This document shows, piece after piece, positions 25,330 to 38,200 of a stretch of 64,000 nt of DNA (positions are counted from its first letter, which is position 1; each line of letters starts with the position of its first letter). Below the pieces are notes generated by a model that was not told the origin of the DNA, did not search any database, and saw only the letters and a program-made list of their open reading frames with translations. Source of the stretch: Amoebophrya sp. A120 (lineage: Eukaryota > Protista > Dinoflagellata). The position numbers were made by a program, and so were the translations under genes. The DNA lies in assembly GCA_905178155.1 (NCBI GenBank), contig CAJINV010000003.1, positions 5,857,985-5,921,984 of the forward strand. The letters are read 5' to 3'.

Positions 25330-27237
25330 TCAATCGCACCAATTCCAAGGAGCTTGATGTGTGTCATTGTAATTTTCAAAGATTTGCCGACCTCCCCGCT
25401 GACACAAAAGATCTTTTTTTTTGTTCTGCTGGATTTTTGGTGTATTTTTTTCGTCCAGGTGAAAAGTCGGCAGCTCGAGTAGCCGGTTACGCAAGACGTT
25501 GAGATCTCCGATGTCGTCGGAGTTGAGTCCGGAGACAACCCGCAGGGATGCGGACCGCGCAGCAGGAATGTGCAATCCGCGGGCATTTGTGAAGAGGTCC
25601 ATCGGCCCGGTGTTGACAGGTAGGCTGTCGATGTCCAGGTGCTCGATTTTTGGTAGCATCATGAAGGCCAGGCCGCTCGGCATTGGCTGCAACTGCAGAT
25701 CTTGCTCTGGCACATAGTCTTCCGCGCGAAAGCAGGTGCTGTCGGCCATGCGGAGCTTCTTCAAGCTTGGAAACTTTTTCGAGGCAACATTCAGGCGGTC
25801 CGGATCGACGTAGAAAACTTTTTCCGGGAGTATGAGGCCACTGACGTCGAGCGCTTCCACCGACTTCTCGAGAAACGATCCCGCTTCCAACAGCTGCAGC
25901 AATTCACGAGGGGCCAGACGGCAGCACCCGGCGACGTTTAGCGCGCGGAGTTTCGGCACGTGCTTCAAGGACTCGTAGAGCCCGGTTTGCACCCCGCAGT
26001 CGCGCAGGTCGAGGTGGACCAGGTCGGTGCCACAGAACTCGTGGAAACGCCCGCTCGGCTGCGCTGCAAAATTTCTCTGATTCACCACGACCAGTCTTCG
26101 CAGGGAGGGGAATCTGACGCCCATCCGGTACATATCGTCGTCAAAGTTGCTCCCGCCACTGGAATCGGAGTGTCCGCCGATTTCTAGAGTCCGCAGGTTT
26201 TTCAAATTTTCTGTGATCACTGGCTTCGCACAGAAGGCGTGGTTGGTAATTTGTTGGCAGTGGAGGAGGGACAGCCGCTGCAGCTCGTGCCCCGGCGGCA
26301 AGAGGCTCAGCAGCGTGGCAACCTGGGCGCTGGTCAGGGTGGGACACTTGTAGAAGCAGACGGTCTGCAGTTTCCCGAAATTTTGGTAGGTGTTGCCGAT
26401 CCCGACGAGCGCCTTGATGTCGAGTCGGTGGCCGTAACTCTTGAGGAAGAACTCGCGGACGTTGTTGTGGCAGTGCAGCATGCGGATGATGCGGTCCGGA
26501 CCGATGTGGCGTGCGTCGCGCAAGTCCAGCGTCAGGCGCCGCACCTTGTCGCGCATGATACATGAAAACCACTTGCAGACGGGGCGGATCTGCAGCTTGT
26601 GGCCGGAGTTGAGAAGGAAGGAAAACACTTCGTCAATGATTTCGTCGGGCAGCTTGTCGAAAATGTTGGTTGCTGGTTGTTGAAACACCGAAGCAACAGC
26701 CCGACCGCCGTGCTGCCCGTTGGGTTCTTCCGTCTCTGTGCTGGTTCCTGCCGGTGGTGCTCCGGTCTCCGCCACAGTGCGTCCGCCTAGTTGTACTATT
26801 GTGGTGCTGCTCGCCGTGCTGTTGCTTTGCCGCATCTCCGTCCGGGTGGAGGTGGAACTGGAACTGCTGGAGGAGCTTGCGCTCCTGTTCGTACTTGATT
26901 TTGTAGTTGCAGTGGCTCCTTGCGCTTGCGCGGGAGGTGGGAACTTAATGCCCTTGATGAGGAGGCCCTGCTGGTGGCACTTCTCGGCGAACTGCCTCAT
27001 CGATAGTGGCTCCGCCTGTAGACAGCGAATCATGGTGTTCGGTGGTTTACTTAGCGTAACGGTAAAAGAACTTTCGCCGAAGTGCAGATAGCCCACGTCT
27101 TTGAAAGGGTACACGCGATTGCACAACAAACCATACAGCTTCAGGCCACTCAGTTCCAAGCCCAAACCCTGCTCATGGCCCTTTGCTTTGGTTTTCTTGT
27201 TGGCCAACTGCACCTCCACCGTGCAGGGGAGAAACAT
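25330..27237 (-). CDS. F-box / leucine-rich-repeat protein with an N-terminal PH-like domain; 3' end uncertain
   Basis: F-box IFDKLPDEIIDEVFSFL...IRPVCKWF, then RNI-like LRRs (LQRLSLLHCQQIT, LVHLDLRDC, LRALNVAGC, VEALDVSG). The last ~40 codons run into the AT-rich island. Confidence 0.85.
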   Translation of the reverse strand: MFLPCTVEVQLANKKTKAKGHEQGLGLELSGLKLYGLLCNRVYPFKDVGYLHFGESSFTVTLSKPPNTMIRCLQAEPLSMRQFAEKCHQQGLLIKGIKFPPPAQAQGATATTKSSTNRSASSSSSSSSTSTRTEMRQSNSTASSTTIVQLGGRTVAETGAPPAGTSTETEEPNGQHGGRAVASVFQQPATNIFDKLPDEIIDEVFSFLLNSGHKLQIRPVCKWFSCIMRDKVRRLTLDLRDARHIGPDRIIRMLHCHNNVREFFLKSYGHRLDIKALVGIGNTYQNFGKLQTVCFYKCPTLTSAQVATLLSLLPPGHELQRLSLLHCQQITNHAFCAKPVITENLKNLRTLEIGGHSDSSGGSNFDDDMYRMGVRFPSLRRLVVVNQRNFAAQPSGRFHEFCGTDLVHLDLRDCGVQTGLYESLKHVPKLRALNVAGCCRLAPRELLQLLEAGSFLEKSVEALDVSGLILPEKVFYVDPDRLNVASKKFPSLKKLRMADSTCFRAEDYVPEQDLQLQPMPSGLAFMMLPKIEHLDIDSLPVNTGPMDLFTNARGLHIPAARSASLRVVSGLNSDDIGDLNVLRNRLLELPTFHLDEKNTPKIQQNKKKDLLCQRGGRQIFENYNDTHQAPWNWCD

Positions 27238-29255
27238 CTTGTTTTTCAATTTTGCTTTTTTTCAACGACCGCTGGACCACCCTTTCTCGGCGGTGCGACC
27301 AACACCCACACACCGTCGCTGAATTAGCTTTCAGAAGTAGAAGAAATTGAAGACGTCCGACGGTTCGAAAAATATGAAGAATTAAAAGGACAAAATTCGA
27401 TTCTTTGTGCTGGCAAGATTTCATATACCGGAGTTCTGTAGTAATTCATTGTATACGTCGTCGGCGTTGGAGATGAAGCTTTTCATCAAAATGTCAACTA
27501 CGTTCGCGTCCTCGGTCGACATGCCGAAAGTCGCAGACCAACTGTTTGCATTTTTTTCGTTATGCATGCGTCTTTGAACTTGACACAATCCGGAAAGGGA
27601 AACGGGATATTCATTCTTGTTGGTTCAGAACGTTAAAGCGCAGCGACCGATAATGGCCAACGTGCGTCCTTGGCAAAGATCCTACTGCTGCATGCAAGAA
27701 CAGAACAGAGTATCCCCGAGGATGAGGTAGGAGCAACTCCAACATAAACTAAACACAAAGACAATAAGCGGCACGAGAAAAATTCAATCTTTCCTTCGTC
27801 ATATCCCAGCAAAAATTTGGATGTGTATTTTCTATTTTTTTTTTGAAAAATTCATGCTGTTTCGCGGACTTGTCAGCGTTTGATCGATGAAAGAATCAGG
27901 CGACCCTTGTTCTCGCGAAACATTCAAAAGTGCTAGTACGCCTCATCAGAAATAATTTGTTTACCTGGCTTGCTGGTTTAAGCGATTGGCACGATGAGAG
28001 TCTCATGCTTGTGCCAATGCGTCGCAACTTAAAAAAAAGCTATCGGGGTGGTCGATATAAATGACGCAAATTTTTTAGGCAAAGTCGGAACTGAAGCATT
28101 GTATTGCTCAGATCCCTGACGGTCATAAAACTAACAGACTAAATAGTGCTTTGTTGAAAAAAAATCGCAGATCAAAATATTCATGAGACTTTCCCCCGCT
28201 TAAGTAAAATAACGGAACGCGTGGGTGTCTTCTGTTGTCGCTGAAAAAAATACCGGCTATGTTCAAGCCCTTGCAGGGGGTCCCATGCACGTATAGTACT
28301 TTAGAAGCTGCTCATATCATGTTTGTTACGACAATTTCAAATCTTGAAAATCCATACGAAACTTTTCTTGATTAGAAAGAAATTTAGAAATGGTAAACGG
28401 TCACGATTCTGAGCTTTCCCCTCGTTCGTGCCACTTTGAAAGCTAGACAGACACAATACAGAAATTGCGCAATAATGTACTTACATACGGAGCTAAAGCC
28501 ATATTTTGTAGCGACTGCATTCATCATGAAAGACATCATGTATCGTTGCTCTACTTTTGTTCTTGTACTTCCAATTGTACGCGCTACGACGACGTAACAA
28601 TCACTGCAGATTATAGGATGAGATTGAAAGCCAACCGGCAGTCCAGTGGGTATCGGGGGATACCACAACGCGGTTGGTATTATATATTTGTCAGATTTCG
28701 GAGAAAAGCCATCAAGAAACGATCAGATGAGAGGATTGTCTCAAGATTGCATGCCGCAGTGCAGCAAAGCAATGGTAAGACATTTGTGCCATAGAAAATG
28801 TCGCCGAAATAGAAAGATGCAGAATAGTGTTTGTTTCTAGAAGAAATTGTGACAAAAATAAAACCAAGTGAAGATACATCATCATGGGCCGTGGGTACCT
28901 CTACATTCAAAAAAAAGTTTTGACTCGAGTCCGCCGGCAATCGGAATTTGAGATGGAGGTCGCAGGGGAAAAAAAGCCATCATCGGAGCGATTCGGTGTC
29001 GGTCCGTAGGAAACCGTTAGGTTTTTTTCCCATCCTTTTTTCCAGAGCCCTTATTGCTGCTCACTTTTCCACCGTCGGACTGTTATGTAATTTAACAAAA
29101 AGGGTGACAGACGATGACGTCGACGACGAAGTGAATACGGGCGGAAAAAAATACAAATAAACACCGCACGACGGATCTGCATCATAGCCTATCAGATAGG
29201 CCAACATGAAATGAAATGTGGAGTTCGAGTTGGACGGACGTAGTTAGTACCTGCG

Positions 29256-32200
29256 TCAATACAAATTGAATTTTCTCGTGTTGTTATGCATGAAGTTCGC
29301 AAGAAAAAGAAAAACTACTACCTTCTGCCCAGTGTGTATCACGAGAAAAAAGTGTTACAGTTACACATTTGTTGGAGTTTCTGCATCACAAATTTTCTCT
29401 GTGTGGCAGAGAAAACTTGTAATGCGAAGATCATAATCGAAAACAGGAAGAAAACGAGGCTCCAAAGCATTTCCTGCATGAGAAAGGTTGTCTGTGATGC
29501 CAGTTTTGCAACACAAGGCGTAACTGTAACACTTTTTTCTTGCGATAGTGTGTGACTCCCGAAGTTGATGGTCCCGGCTCATCTGCAGGGACGAGCCCAC
29601 AGCTATCAAAAGGAAAAATCCCCCCTCCCCATATTGACAAGGCACGTTTTCGGAAATTTGTGTTGCTGATTTGTAGCCACAGATCGTTTCTGTGTTGCAC
29701 GACGGCAACCCCACAGGCTCCGCCGCATTCTACAGGTGGTTTGTCATGCTGTTGACCTACAGCGTAGACGTCTGTCATGCTAAGCGCCTAGGCCAAAACG
29801 TATCTACTCAGGCTTAGCATGGGCCTGGAGTCCTCGCCAGCAAGACAAATCGGATTTGTGTACGCAAATCCAGCATGAGAAACTTCGTTTTGATATGGGG
29901 AGGGGGGTGGATTTTTCATTCTGATAACAGCACCTTTGGAGCCGCGATCAGCATTGCTACCGCCCTGCTGCGGTGGACCACCCGAGCTGCCACTGCCAGT
30001 GACTGCCGCCACAAAGTTAGGGGGAAATGCAGGAGGGACAGGAAACGGTGGGGGACCCTTGCCCCCAGGAGCGGATCCGGTCATCATGCTACTTCCGCCC
30101 CTCGGAGGGGGTGCGATCATGGGCGTCCCGGCTGCAACACCGGTAGTTCCACCGCTTGCTGGCACCATCATATTACTACCGTTGCTGCCTTTATTGGTGC
30201 CACCCGAATTATTGTTGTACGGTGCCGGCGGGGGCGTCAAATGGACCGGCGGCGGCAGCAGGGGTGCGGGCCGTTGCACGTCGTTGAGCAGGTCGAGGGC
30301 GGGTAGTTCGGGAGGCGGGGTTCCTTTTTGTGGAATACCTCCGGAGCTGGTGGTCTTGCCGGCGGAGCTACGATGCGACGGCGTTGGGCCACCGCTGGGT
30401 GCGTTGTTCATGGATGTCATGTTGGATAAAGCCGCACCAGCGCTACTACTGTTGTACATTCCACTGCCCGGCTGCTGCATTTGTGCGGATGTCGAAATGC
30501 TGCTGCTATTGCTTTTCCCCGCCGACGAGGAACCAGCGCTGGATGCATTGTTGCCACCTCCCTTGGATGAAGAAAGGCCTCTAGTATTGTTGCCTCCACC
30601 GGCGGTGCTTCCCGGGCTCGGAGCTGGGGTGCCGGGTGCGCCGGGGGACGGGGCGGGGCGTGTGGGTGCTAGGTTCGGTGGTCCTTTGTTGCTGGTCATG
30701 TTGTGCTGGACATTGCTCATGCTAGTACTGTAGTTGCTGGAGGATGCATTATTGTTGGACGAGGACCCGCCAGCGCCACCCTGCTGCAGCTGTTGCTGTG
30801 CGTTGTTGCTTGATCCGCCCTTATTTGGGGTGTTGCTTTGCTGCGTGGGTGCTGGCGCAGGAGGGTAGCTGTACCCGCTGTTTGGTCGTTCCGGCGCGAG
30901 GATGGATTGCGGTCCACCGTGGGCCTGGCTGGGAGTTCCGTGAAAACTCATCTGGTTCGGATAATGGTTGTTGGGATGCACGTTGTTCCCTCCTGGTGCC
31001 GGAGCACCCATCGAAGTTGGCACGCCCGTACTTCCATGTGGTCCACTGCTACCTCCGTAGTGACCGGAGGACGGGTGATGCTGCTGATGGGGTGGTTGGG
31101 GGCCAGGACCACCCTTGCCACCATGCATGCTGCCCATACCAGGAGCACAACTACCCGCACTGGGGCCCCCCGCACCGGCGCCGGTGCCCGAGGGCCCGGA
31201 TGCCGAGCTGTTTTGATTCAGCACCGGAGGGTATGGGGGCGGTGGCATCTCGGAAATAGACTTCCCGCCTGCTTTACCACCGCACTGCTGCGGCGCTGCG
31301 AGATGTTGACTATTGGGTCCCCCGGGATGCTGGTGCTGCAGGTGCTGTGGATGTTGGTCTAGCGCACCCGTTCCGGCTCCAGGTGGACCGGTCCCCGGGT
31401 GCAGTTGCAGGCCCGGATTGTATGCTCCCTGCTGGTGGTTCAGATTGTGGCTCGAGGGTTGGTACGAGCATCCCGGGGACGGGGTTAGGCCCTTGCTCGC
31501 GGGCTGCGAAGAGGACGCGCCGGCTGGAGCAGGATTGAACATGTCGTAGGGTCCGCTCGATTTGCTATTCGTGTGGCTCGCTGGAGACGGACCGCTCTTC
31601 ATACTGTGCTGAGGAGGGCCGTTGTCCATGTTGCTACCCATTCCTGGCGCCATGCTGCCAAGCGCGCCACCTTTTCCATCCGATCGCTGCAGGTCCAAGC
31701 CGGGAGGTTGCGAACACGAATTGAACCTGGTTTGCGAGAGAAAGTCACGATAAAGCACGAAATCGAAGCATTCTAAGCAGTGTGGCGCACACACGGAGCT
31801 ACCTGCAGGCACGAGCACAGTTCCTGCGAAGAGTGCTGTGCGCGCAGAAGGATGCTGCCAGCGGGCTTAGTGAAAAGCAAAAGAGTAGATTGATATACGT
31901 AGCTAAAGACATACGTCTTTTCTTACCCTCCCATCGACTTGCCCATCATCCCTTTTCCATCTGCGATCATTGGGCCCTTCCCCGCGCCTGTCTTAGACAT
32001 GTCGGTATTGCTGCTGTCTGCAGTTCCGGATCTGGAAAGACATAATTTGGCGGGAAAACTTTTCACATGAAGATGGTGAAAAAAGCACTTCTCAGTTCTC
32101 GTGTGGCTTAGGTAGGATAATCGAAGAAAACAATAAAACCGCAAGAACAGGGTAACAAGGAACTTAGACGTGACCGGGGGGGTCACGTCCGTCCGTCCGG

Positions 32201-35200
32201 CCGGACGGACGGCACGTGACCGGGGGCAGTCCGGCCTCGGGGCGAGTTCGGCGCTCCTGAATGCCGCAGCAACTGTGGCCCTCGGTAGCTAGAAGTCCCC
32301 GGCCGCGTCACCGACGGCGGACCAGCGGCAAGAGCCGCGCCTTTTTCCGTTTTTCCGTGAAAGACCGAACTCATGACCTTTTTTTTTTAGTTGGGCGCCC
32401 GAGCTAGGTAGCTGACACCCCCCGGCCGCGTGACCGGGGGCGGAGCGTGACGAAGAAGGCAGTTCTTCAGTGAAGTGCCGAGCTCATGACCTTTTTTTTT
32501 TTTTTTTAGTTGCCCGGCCGCGCGGTCCACCGCAGCCACCTCCACCTCCTCCACCACGACCGACCCCCGGTCACGTCACGTGCCGTCCGTCCGGCCGGCC
32601 GGACGGACGTGACCCCCCCGGTCACGTCTAGGTTCCTTGTTACCTTGTTCCAATAGTCAATGAAAACCGAGACTCCACGTGGTCATGTGGCAAGATGTCA
32701 ACATCTAAATTGTGATCGTATTCGTACCCGCCTCCGCCTGCCGATAATGCGTATTGCTGGTTGTTCGCTGAGCCCGACATGGGCATATTGTGATGCTGGA
32801 ACATGGATGAGTTCGAGTTGTCAACACCTACACCACCCGAGTTATTGGGCGGTAGCGACGAGGACTGGTGCTGCTGCGCCTGCCCATCCCGTGCGGTAGG
32901 GACGACGGAGTGCGCTGACTGCGATTTCTTTTTTTTCGCTTTAGAGGGGACCGGGCTCGCGCGGTACAGCTCCACGGCAGAAATGGAGCAGCAGTTGTGG
33001 TCCTCGGTGTAGAACGGCGTCTGGCTGTAGTCGTTTGGCCCTAACACAAACCAGCAGTCGTGTCGGGGGACCTGGAAGGTGCGCAGGTAGTGGCCATGGT
33101 ACGGCAGCGTGGGCTCGCCGTCGGCCGCCCGCTCAATCTGGTCCTTTTCGTCCTGCAACACAAACAGCATGCTGTGGTCCTTGTTCTTCAAAATGCCCAT
33201 CAACCGCTTCAGATATTCCTTCTGTTTCACAGATCCACCATCGTCTTCCACGAACTAGTGTATTTTCAGTTGGTCAGTATTTCTGTTTCATGAGCAGGGT
33301 CGTGGTTCTGATGCACACGCAGTTCTATCCTTGCTATTGTTGGATCGTGACCTACTCTCTCATATCGACACACCGGAATAACACGATATCACAAAACAGA
33401 GACTTCTTCTGAGAGCAACAAAAAGTATCACGGTGGACGAGACAACACTGTAGATGAAGAGCTCCAGCATAGAAAATGGCAGTACCGCCTGCACGCCAAG
33501 GACGGAAGAGAAGGTAAAGAGCGCGAAGATGTCGGGCCTGTCTTCCAGTGTGTTCTCGGCGTCTTGCAGCGTTCGATGGATAATCAGATGGACCTCGCTA
33601 CCGCTGTTCAACAAAGCTTTTTGCAGCTCCAGGATTTTGTCGGTGTCGTTGCAACGCTCCGAGCTGAGGACTACTGCGCTCAACATCTGCACACTCTTAC
33701 GCCGTGCAGCCGCAGCGGTGAGCATCTGTTTTCAATTTGATTTTTGATCATGAACCCGGCAGCAGGACGGAAAGCCAATGTGAATATCATAGATATCCAT
33801 GTGGGTCTCGCCGGTACCAGACAAAAGAGAAGAAAGAAAAAAATCGTCGGTTGTTCTTGTCGTGCAGTTCTTTATTTCTTAGCAGTACGTCGCACACATA
33901 CTAACTTATAAAATTCTATACCAATTGTTTGATTTTGGCAACGATCTCAGACATGCGGTAAACATCATCGTGCTGTTCTGCATCCATGTCTGGGCCCCCG
34001 CTCCTTTTACTCCATACGGAAGATCCACCACCTGGGTTGTTATTCGTGTAGCCTTTGGTGCCGTTGGCCGCCAGGCCGCTGTTTTCCTGACTGCCTTGGG
34101 GTCCTTTCGCTCCGCCTCCGCCTTTGGAGCCGTTCATAGATGTTGCAGGGGCGCCACCTCCGACAGAGTGGTGAAACGGCGGCTGCTGCGAACCACCTTG
34201 AGCAGGACCGCCCTTGCTCTGATGGTGCTGGTCCGGCAGCATGCCCGGAGGAGGATTCATATTGGCGCTTTGCTGTTGGTGCCCGCCTCCGCCGACAGGA
34301 CCACCGGGATCGCCGCCCGTGGGACCTTTGCCACCTCCTCCGGGGCCGGGGGCAGGTGCCTGACCCGACATTGCGGCGCTCCTACCGCTATGCACTGCAA
34401 AAGTATCGCACTAGTACATATCGCATGACAAATTTCCCCCAGCATCATCATCATCATTGAGACGAACCCCCTGTGGTCGTCCTCACGGTGTCGTCTTGGC
34501 CCGAGGCTGTTTCGGACAGATGTTGGCTGTGCCCGGCAAGAGGACGGCTCTGCGTGGGCAAATGTTGGCAATGTCCAGCAAGGACGCTTCCGTGGCCCCA
34601 TTTTCTGCCGGTTTTTTGCTTTCGCCAGGATTACCCGCAACACCACCCGCGGACAGTGAAACCCATGGCAGGCTTTCGCCAGGCGGTCCCGGGGAGGGAG
34701 GCCCTCCTCTTGGCACAATGTCGGTTAGATACCAATTTGCTCTCCCCGGAAGCGAGGCGAGCCTCTCCTATGTTGGTGCAAAGCACGAGTGGGGTCGTCG
34801 GCTCGGGCGAGTAGTTGGGGGGGCTACTCGGGGGGCACCGGGACTGTTCGACGAACTACTGCCGGATATGAAAAGTTTCTGGGTCTAAAATGAAATTTGT
34901 AATGCGGATTTAACTTTTGTGATGCATAAATGCGATTAGTACGAGTACGATAGTACTTTTGCAGTGCATAACCGCGCGGATCGAAGCCTCCCGGTGGCGG
35001 TGGATGCGTGCCGTAGGGCGGCTGCGGGTCTGGGTCGAAAGTAGGATTAGTGGTGTTGCAGCTACCTCCTGAATTTGCCAAAGGTGGTGGTCCACCACCT
35101 CCGTGCTGCATTGGACCACCTCCACTTGTTCCTCCGTAGTGCGGCGGTAATGGTAATCCTCCTCCGCCGCTCGAGTTGCTGTGCATGAAAGTACCGTGCT

Positions 35201-38200
35201 GCTGCTGCATAGGATGTGGCTGCGGTTGCATGATGAGCCCACCTCCTCCGTTGCAGGGGCCCCCGGCTCCTCCTTTCATTCCTCCCTGCTGCGGATTGCT
35301 CCCTCCAGGAGCCATATTGTTCATACCCATGCCGGGCGGGGGTTCGGGCATCAGGCCGCTGTTTCCGTAGTGCTGCGGTGGGGGTCCCCCGGGTCCCCCC
35401 GGTGCGCCGCCCCCATACGCGCTGCTGTTCATCGGCAGGTAGTTGTTGCGGTGCTGGTTGTTCATCATGTTGTTGCCGCCGTCGGGGCTCGGGTAACTGT
35501 TGCTCTTCGGCCCCATGCCGGGCGGGATGGAGCAGCCCGGTGCCGCCCCCCCGCGCGAACCGATCTCGACTCGCGGCGCGCTGCTCGGATGCTGGTGGTG
35601 GTCGTAGTGGAACGGATCGTTGTTTCCATTTGATGAACCTACGCCCATCGGGTTGTTTGATGAATTTTGTTGGTGGTTGTACGAGTTATTGAACATCCCT
35701 GGTGGCATAGAAGAAGGACCTCCTGGTGGACCACCGCCTCCCGCAGGCGGGGATCCTCCCATGGGATGTTGCTGATGCTGCATACCCGGCGGCGGGTTTA
35801 AGTTCATGCCACCATGCTGCTGAAAATTATTACTGTTGAGGGAGCTGCTGCTGCACATTGGGCCACCACCTGTGCCTGGGTTGCTGGTGCTGTTCATTCC
35901 GTGCTGGTGGTGCGCTATCGGACTGCTGTTGCTGGACCCGGGGCCGCTCGGTCCTCCACCTCCTGGCCCGCCCATCGCTGGTCCACCTCCCATATTGCCC
36001 ATGCCCGGTGGGGGTTGATGGCCTTGCTTGCCGCCCGGACCAGGCCCATTCAGCATCTGGTACTGCGGCGGCTGCATGTTGCTATTGTTGAATGGCGGTG
36101 GCGGCCCTCGTGGTCCACCCTGCAGGTTGTGCTGCTGCTGTTGATCCATCAGCATACTGCCAGTCGTGGTGCTGCAGTTACTGTTCATCATGCTGTTGTT
36201 CTGCGCCCCTCCACCACCTGCTCCCATGTTGCCACCTGGTCCACTACTTCCCTGGTTGTAAGAACTATTGTTCCCTCCCCCTGTAGGTGGGGGCGGCGCT
36301 TGGTGCTGCTTGTCCATCAGACAAGACATGCCGTTATTAGTGGTGTTACTGCCAGGGTGTGCAGCTTGTCCTCCTGGCTGGTGCCCACCTGGTGGCGGAC
36401 CGCCGAACATCCCCGACATGGGACCACCTCCGCTGCTCGGATGGTGCCCGAACCCGAGCGGTCCTGGCTGTTGTCCACCTGGTGCAGCTCCATTGAGCTG
36501 CTTATTCATCGGCCCACCTGCTCCGCCCAGCGGGCCTCCTCCAAGGTGGCCCTGCCCACCGCCCTTGGTCAGCGGAAGGTTATTGTTGTTACTTCCGCCC
36601 ATCATCATGCCGGGAGGTGGTCCAACGCCCGGGCTTGGACCCCCACCAGGTCCGCCGCCCAGACTGTGATTGCCCAGCGGCCCGCCCATTGACGTATTGT
36701 TCATCAGCATCCGGTTGTTCATGCCGTTCGAGGTTGCACCAGTCCCGCCCATAGTGCTGGTCGTCGAAGGGGTCATCATCATACTCGGAGTGGGAGGCAG
36801 CATGCCTTTCTGCACGAGGGACTCGTCTGTCTCCGCGTGTACGCACAGGCCCTTCCCCTTCCCCTGCCGTTGACGCCGATCGATTTCGTCGTCCCAATCC
36901 TTGTTCCGCCGGGGGTTGCGCCGCTCCTTACGCAACTTCATACTGAGGAAAACCTGAGAATTAATTTTTGTTCGATAGGTGCGTGGTTTCTCTCTCTAGT
37001 TAATAGTAGTTGCAGCCTCAATCTGAATCTTCACAGAAGTCGTGCTGTCCTATTTTGACTACGTTCGTTAAGAAAGCTTAGCATCTATTATGTGCGAAAA
37101 GTAGTGCAGCTTGAGGACGGAGACGACGTGTTTCACGCAGGGCAACAACGAGAATGCAGAGTAGAAGCCTTTTTACCATCAGTGCATAATAAGCGTCGTC
37201 CGCAGCTTTCCGGATTTGCGCACCGGTTAAGAGGTCTAGCTCCCAGTCCGAGTTCTCGACTTCTTCTGCCACCTGCAGTGCTCGCCCCTTTCGGCAGTGG
37301 CCCAACCCATACTCGGCGCAGTACCTAGTGTCAGCAATCAGGATGAATATTTTTCTCGTGAGCATGTTGCATGTCTTCGTGTTCGTAGTGGTAGCTTTTT
37401 GTAGTGGTAGAGGTACTAGAACTAGACATTTGGAAGATTTATTACTCCATCTCATTAGCATCACCGTAGGCGGGAAAGGATGAAGAAGTATAGAACAAGA
37501 CGCGGTGGCGGAGATTACGACGAGTGAAAAATTCGCAGGGAGGCGACCTTACAGCAGCATTAATTTCTTACCAAAGAAACTCGTCGTCGTCCGGAAGCTC
37601 GGGTTCAACCTTTTCGCCGTTGCGTTCTTTCAGGTTGTCTTTGGACCACTTCCGACACTCTTCGAGACCTTTTGGCGTGTTCTCAAAGGTTTTCTGCATG
37701 CGTTGGTTGATGTTCTTCAACACCAACTCACTCCCCAGGACGCACTTGGCCACTTTCTTGTCGCGGATGCATTGCACCACGTAGTCCGGGAGTCTGGGAA
37801 TTCACGTTAATTGAGATGACGAAAGGAAACCTCTCATGAAAATACAAAAAAAGGGTTATCTTATGGTGTGAATCACCTCCCCACGCATCACCTCCCCACC
37901 TCCCTACCTCCCCACCCTGGGGAGGTGCCTCCCCACGTGTGGGGAGGTACCTCCCCAGTAGTGGGGAGGTGGGGAGGTACTTCCCCATCTCCCCACCTCC
38001 CAGTCCTCCAGCACTTTCCCACTGCGTTGCACTTCCCCGTGATGGTCGACCAGAACGTGACTACGTCTGGATGCTTGCTGCTTGGCTTCTGTGCCATCGA
38101 TCTACCTCGCGGCCATGAAGCCAGGTATCTGCCACAACGCACATGAGCCCTCATCCTGCATGACAGATCCGTCTAAGTACGCGGCCACCCACCAGATGGC

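Larger units (their letters stand above)
22880..25450. other. AT-rich, ATC/GAT-rich island at the convergent strand-switch
   Basis: Sharp compositional change between the last + gene (stop 22736) and the first - gene. Degenerate internal duplications at ~23037-23110/23205-23295 and ~24845-24930/24993-25085. Confidence 0.7.

Noticed and set aside
27985-28018. Hairpin ATTGGCAC...GTGCCAAT
   Set aside because: Isolated and short, with no second copy or context supporting a function.
29552-29755. Repeated peptide KGKIPPPHI...FRKFVLLI (also at ~55670-55740)
   Set aside because: It is a translation of the family C introner end, not a protein domain.
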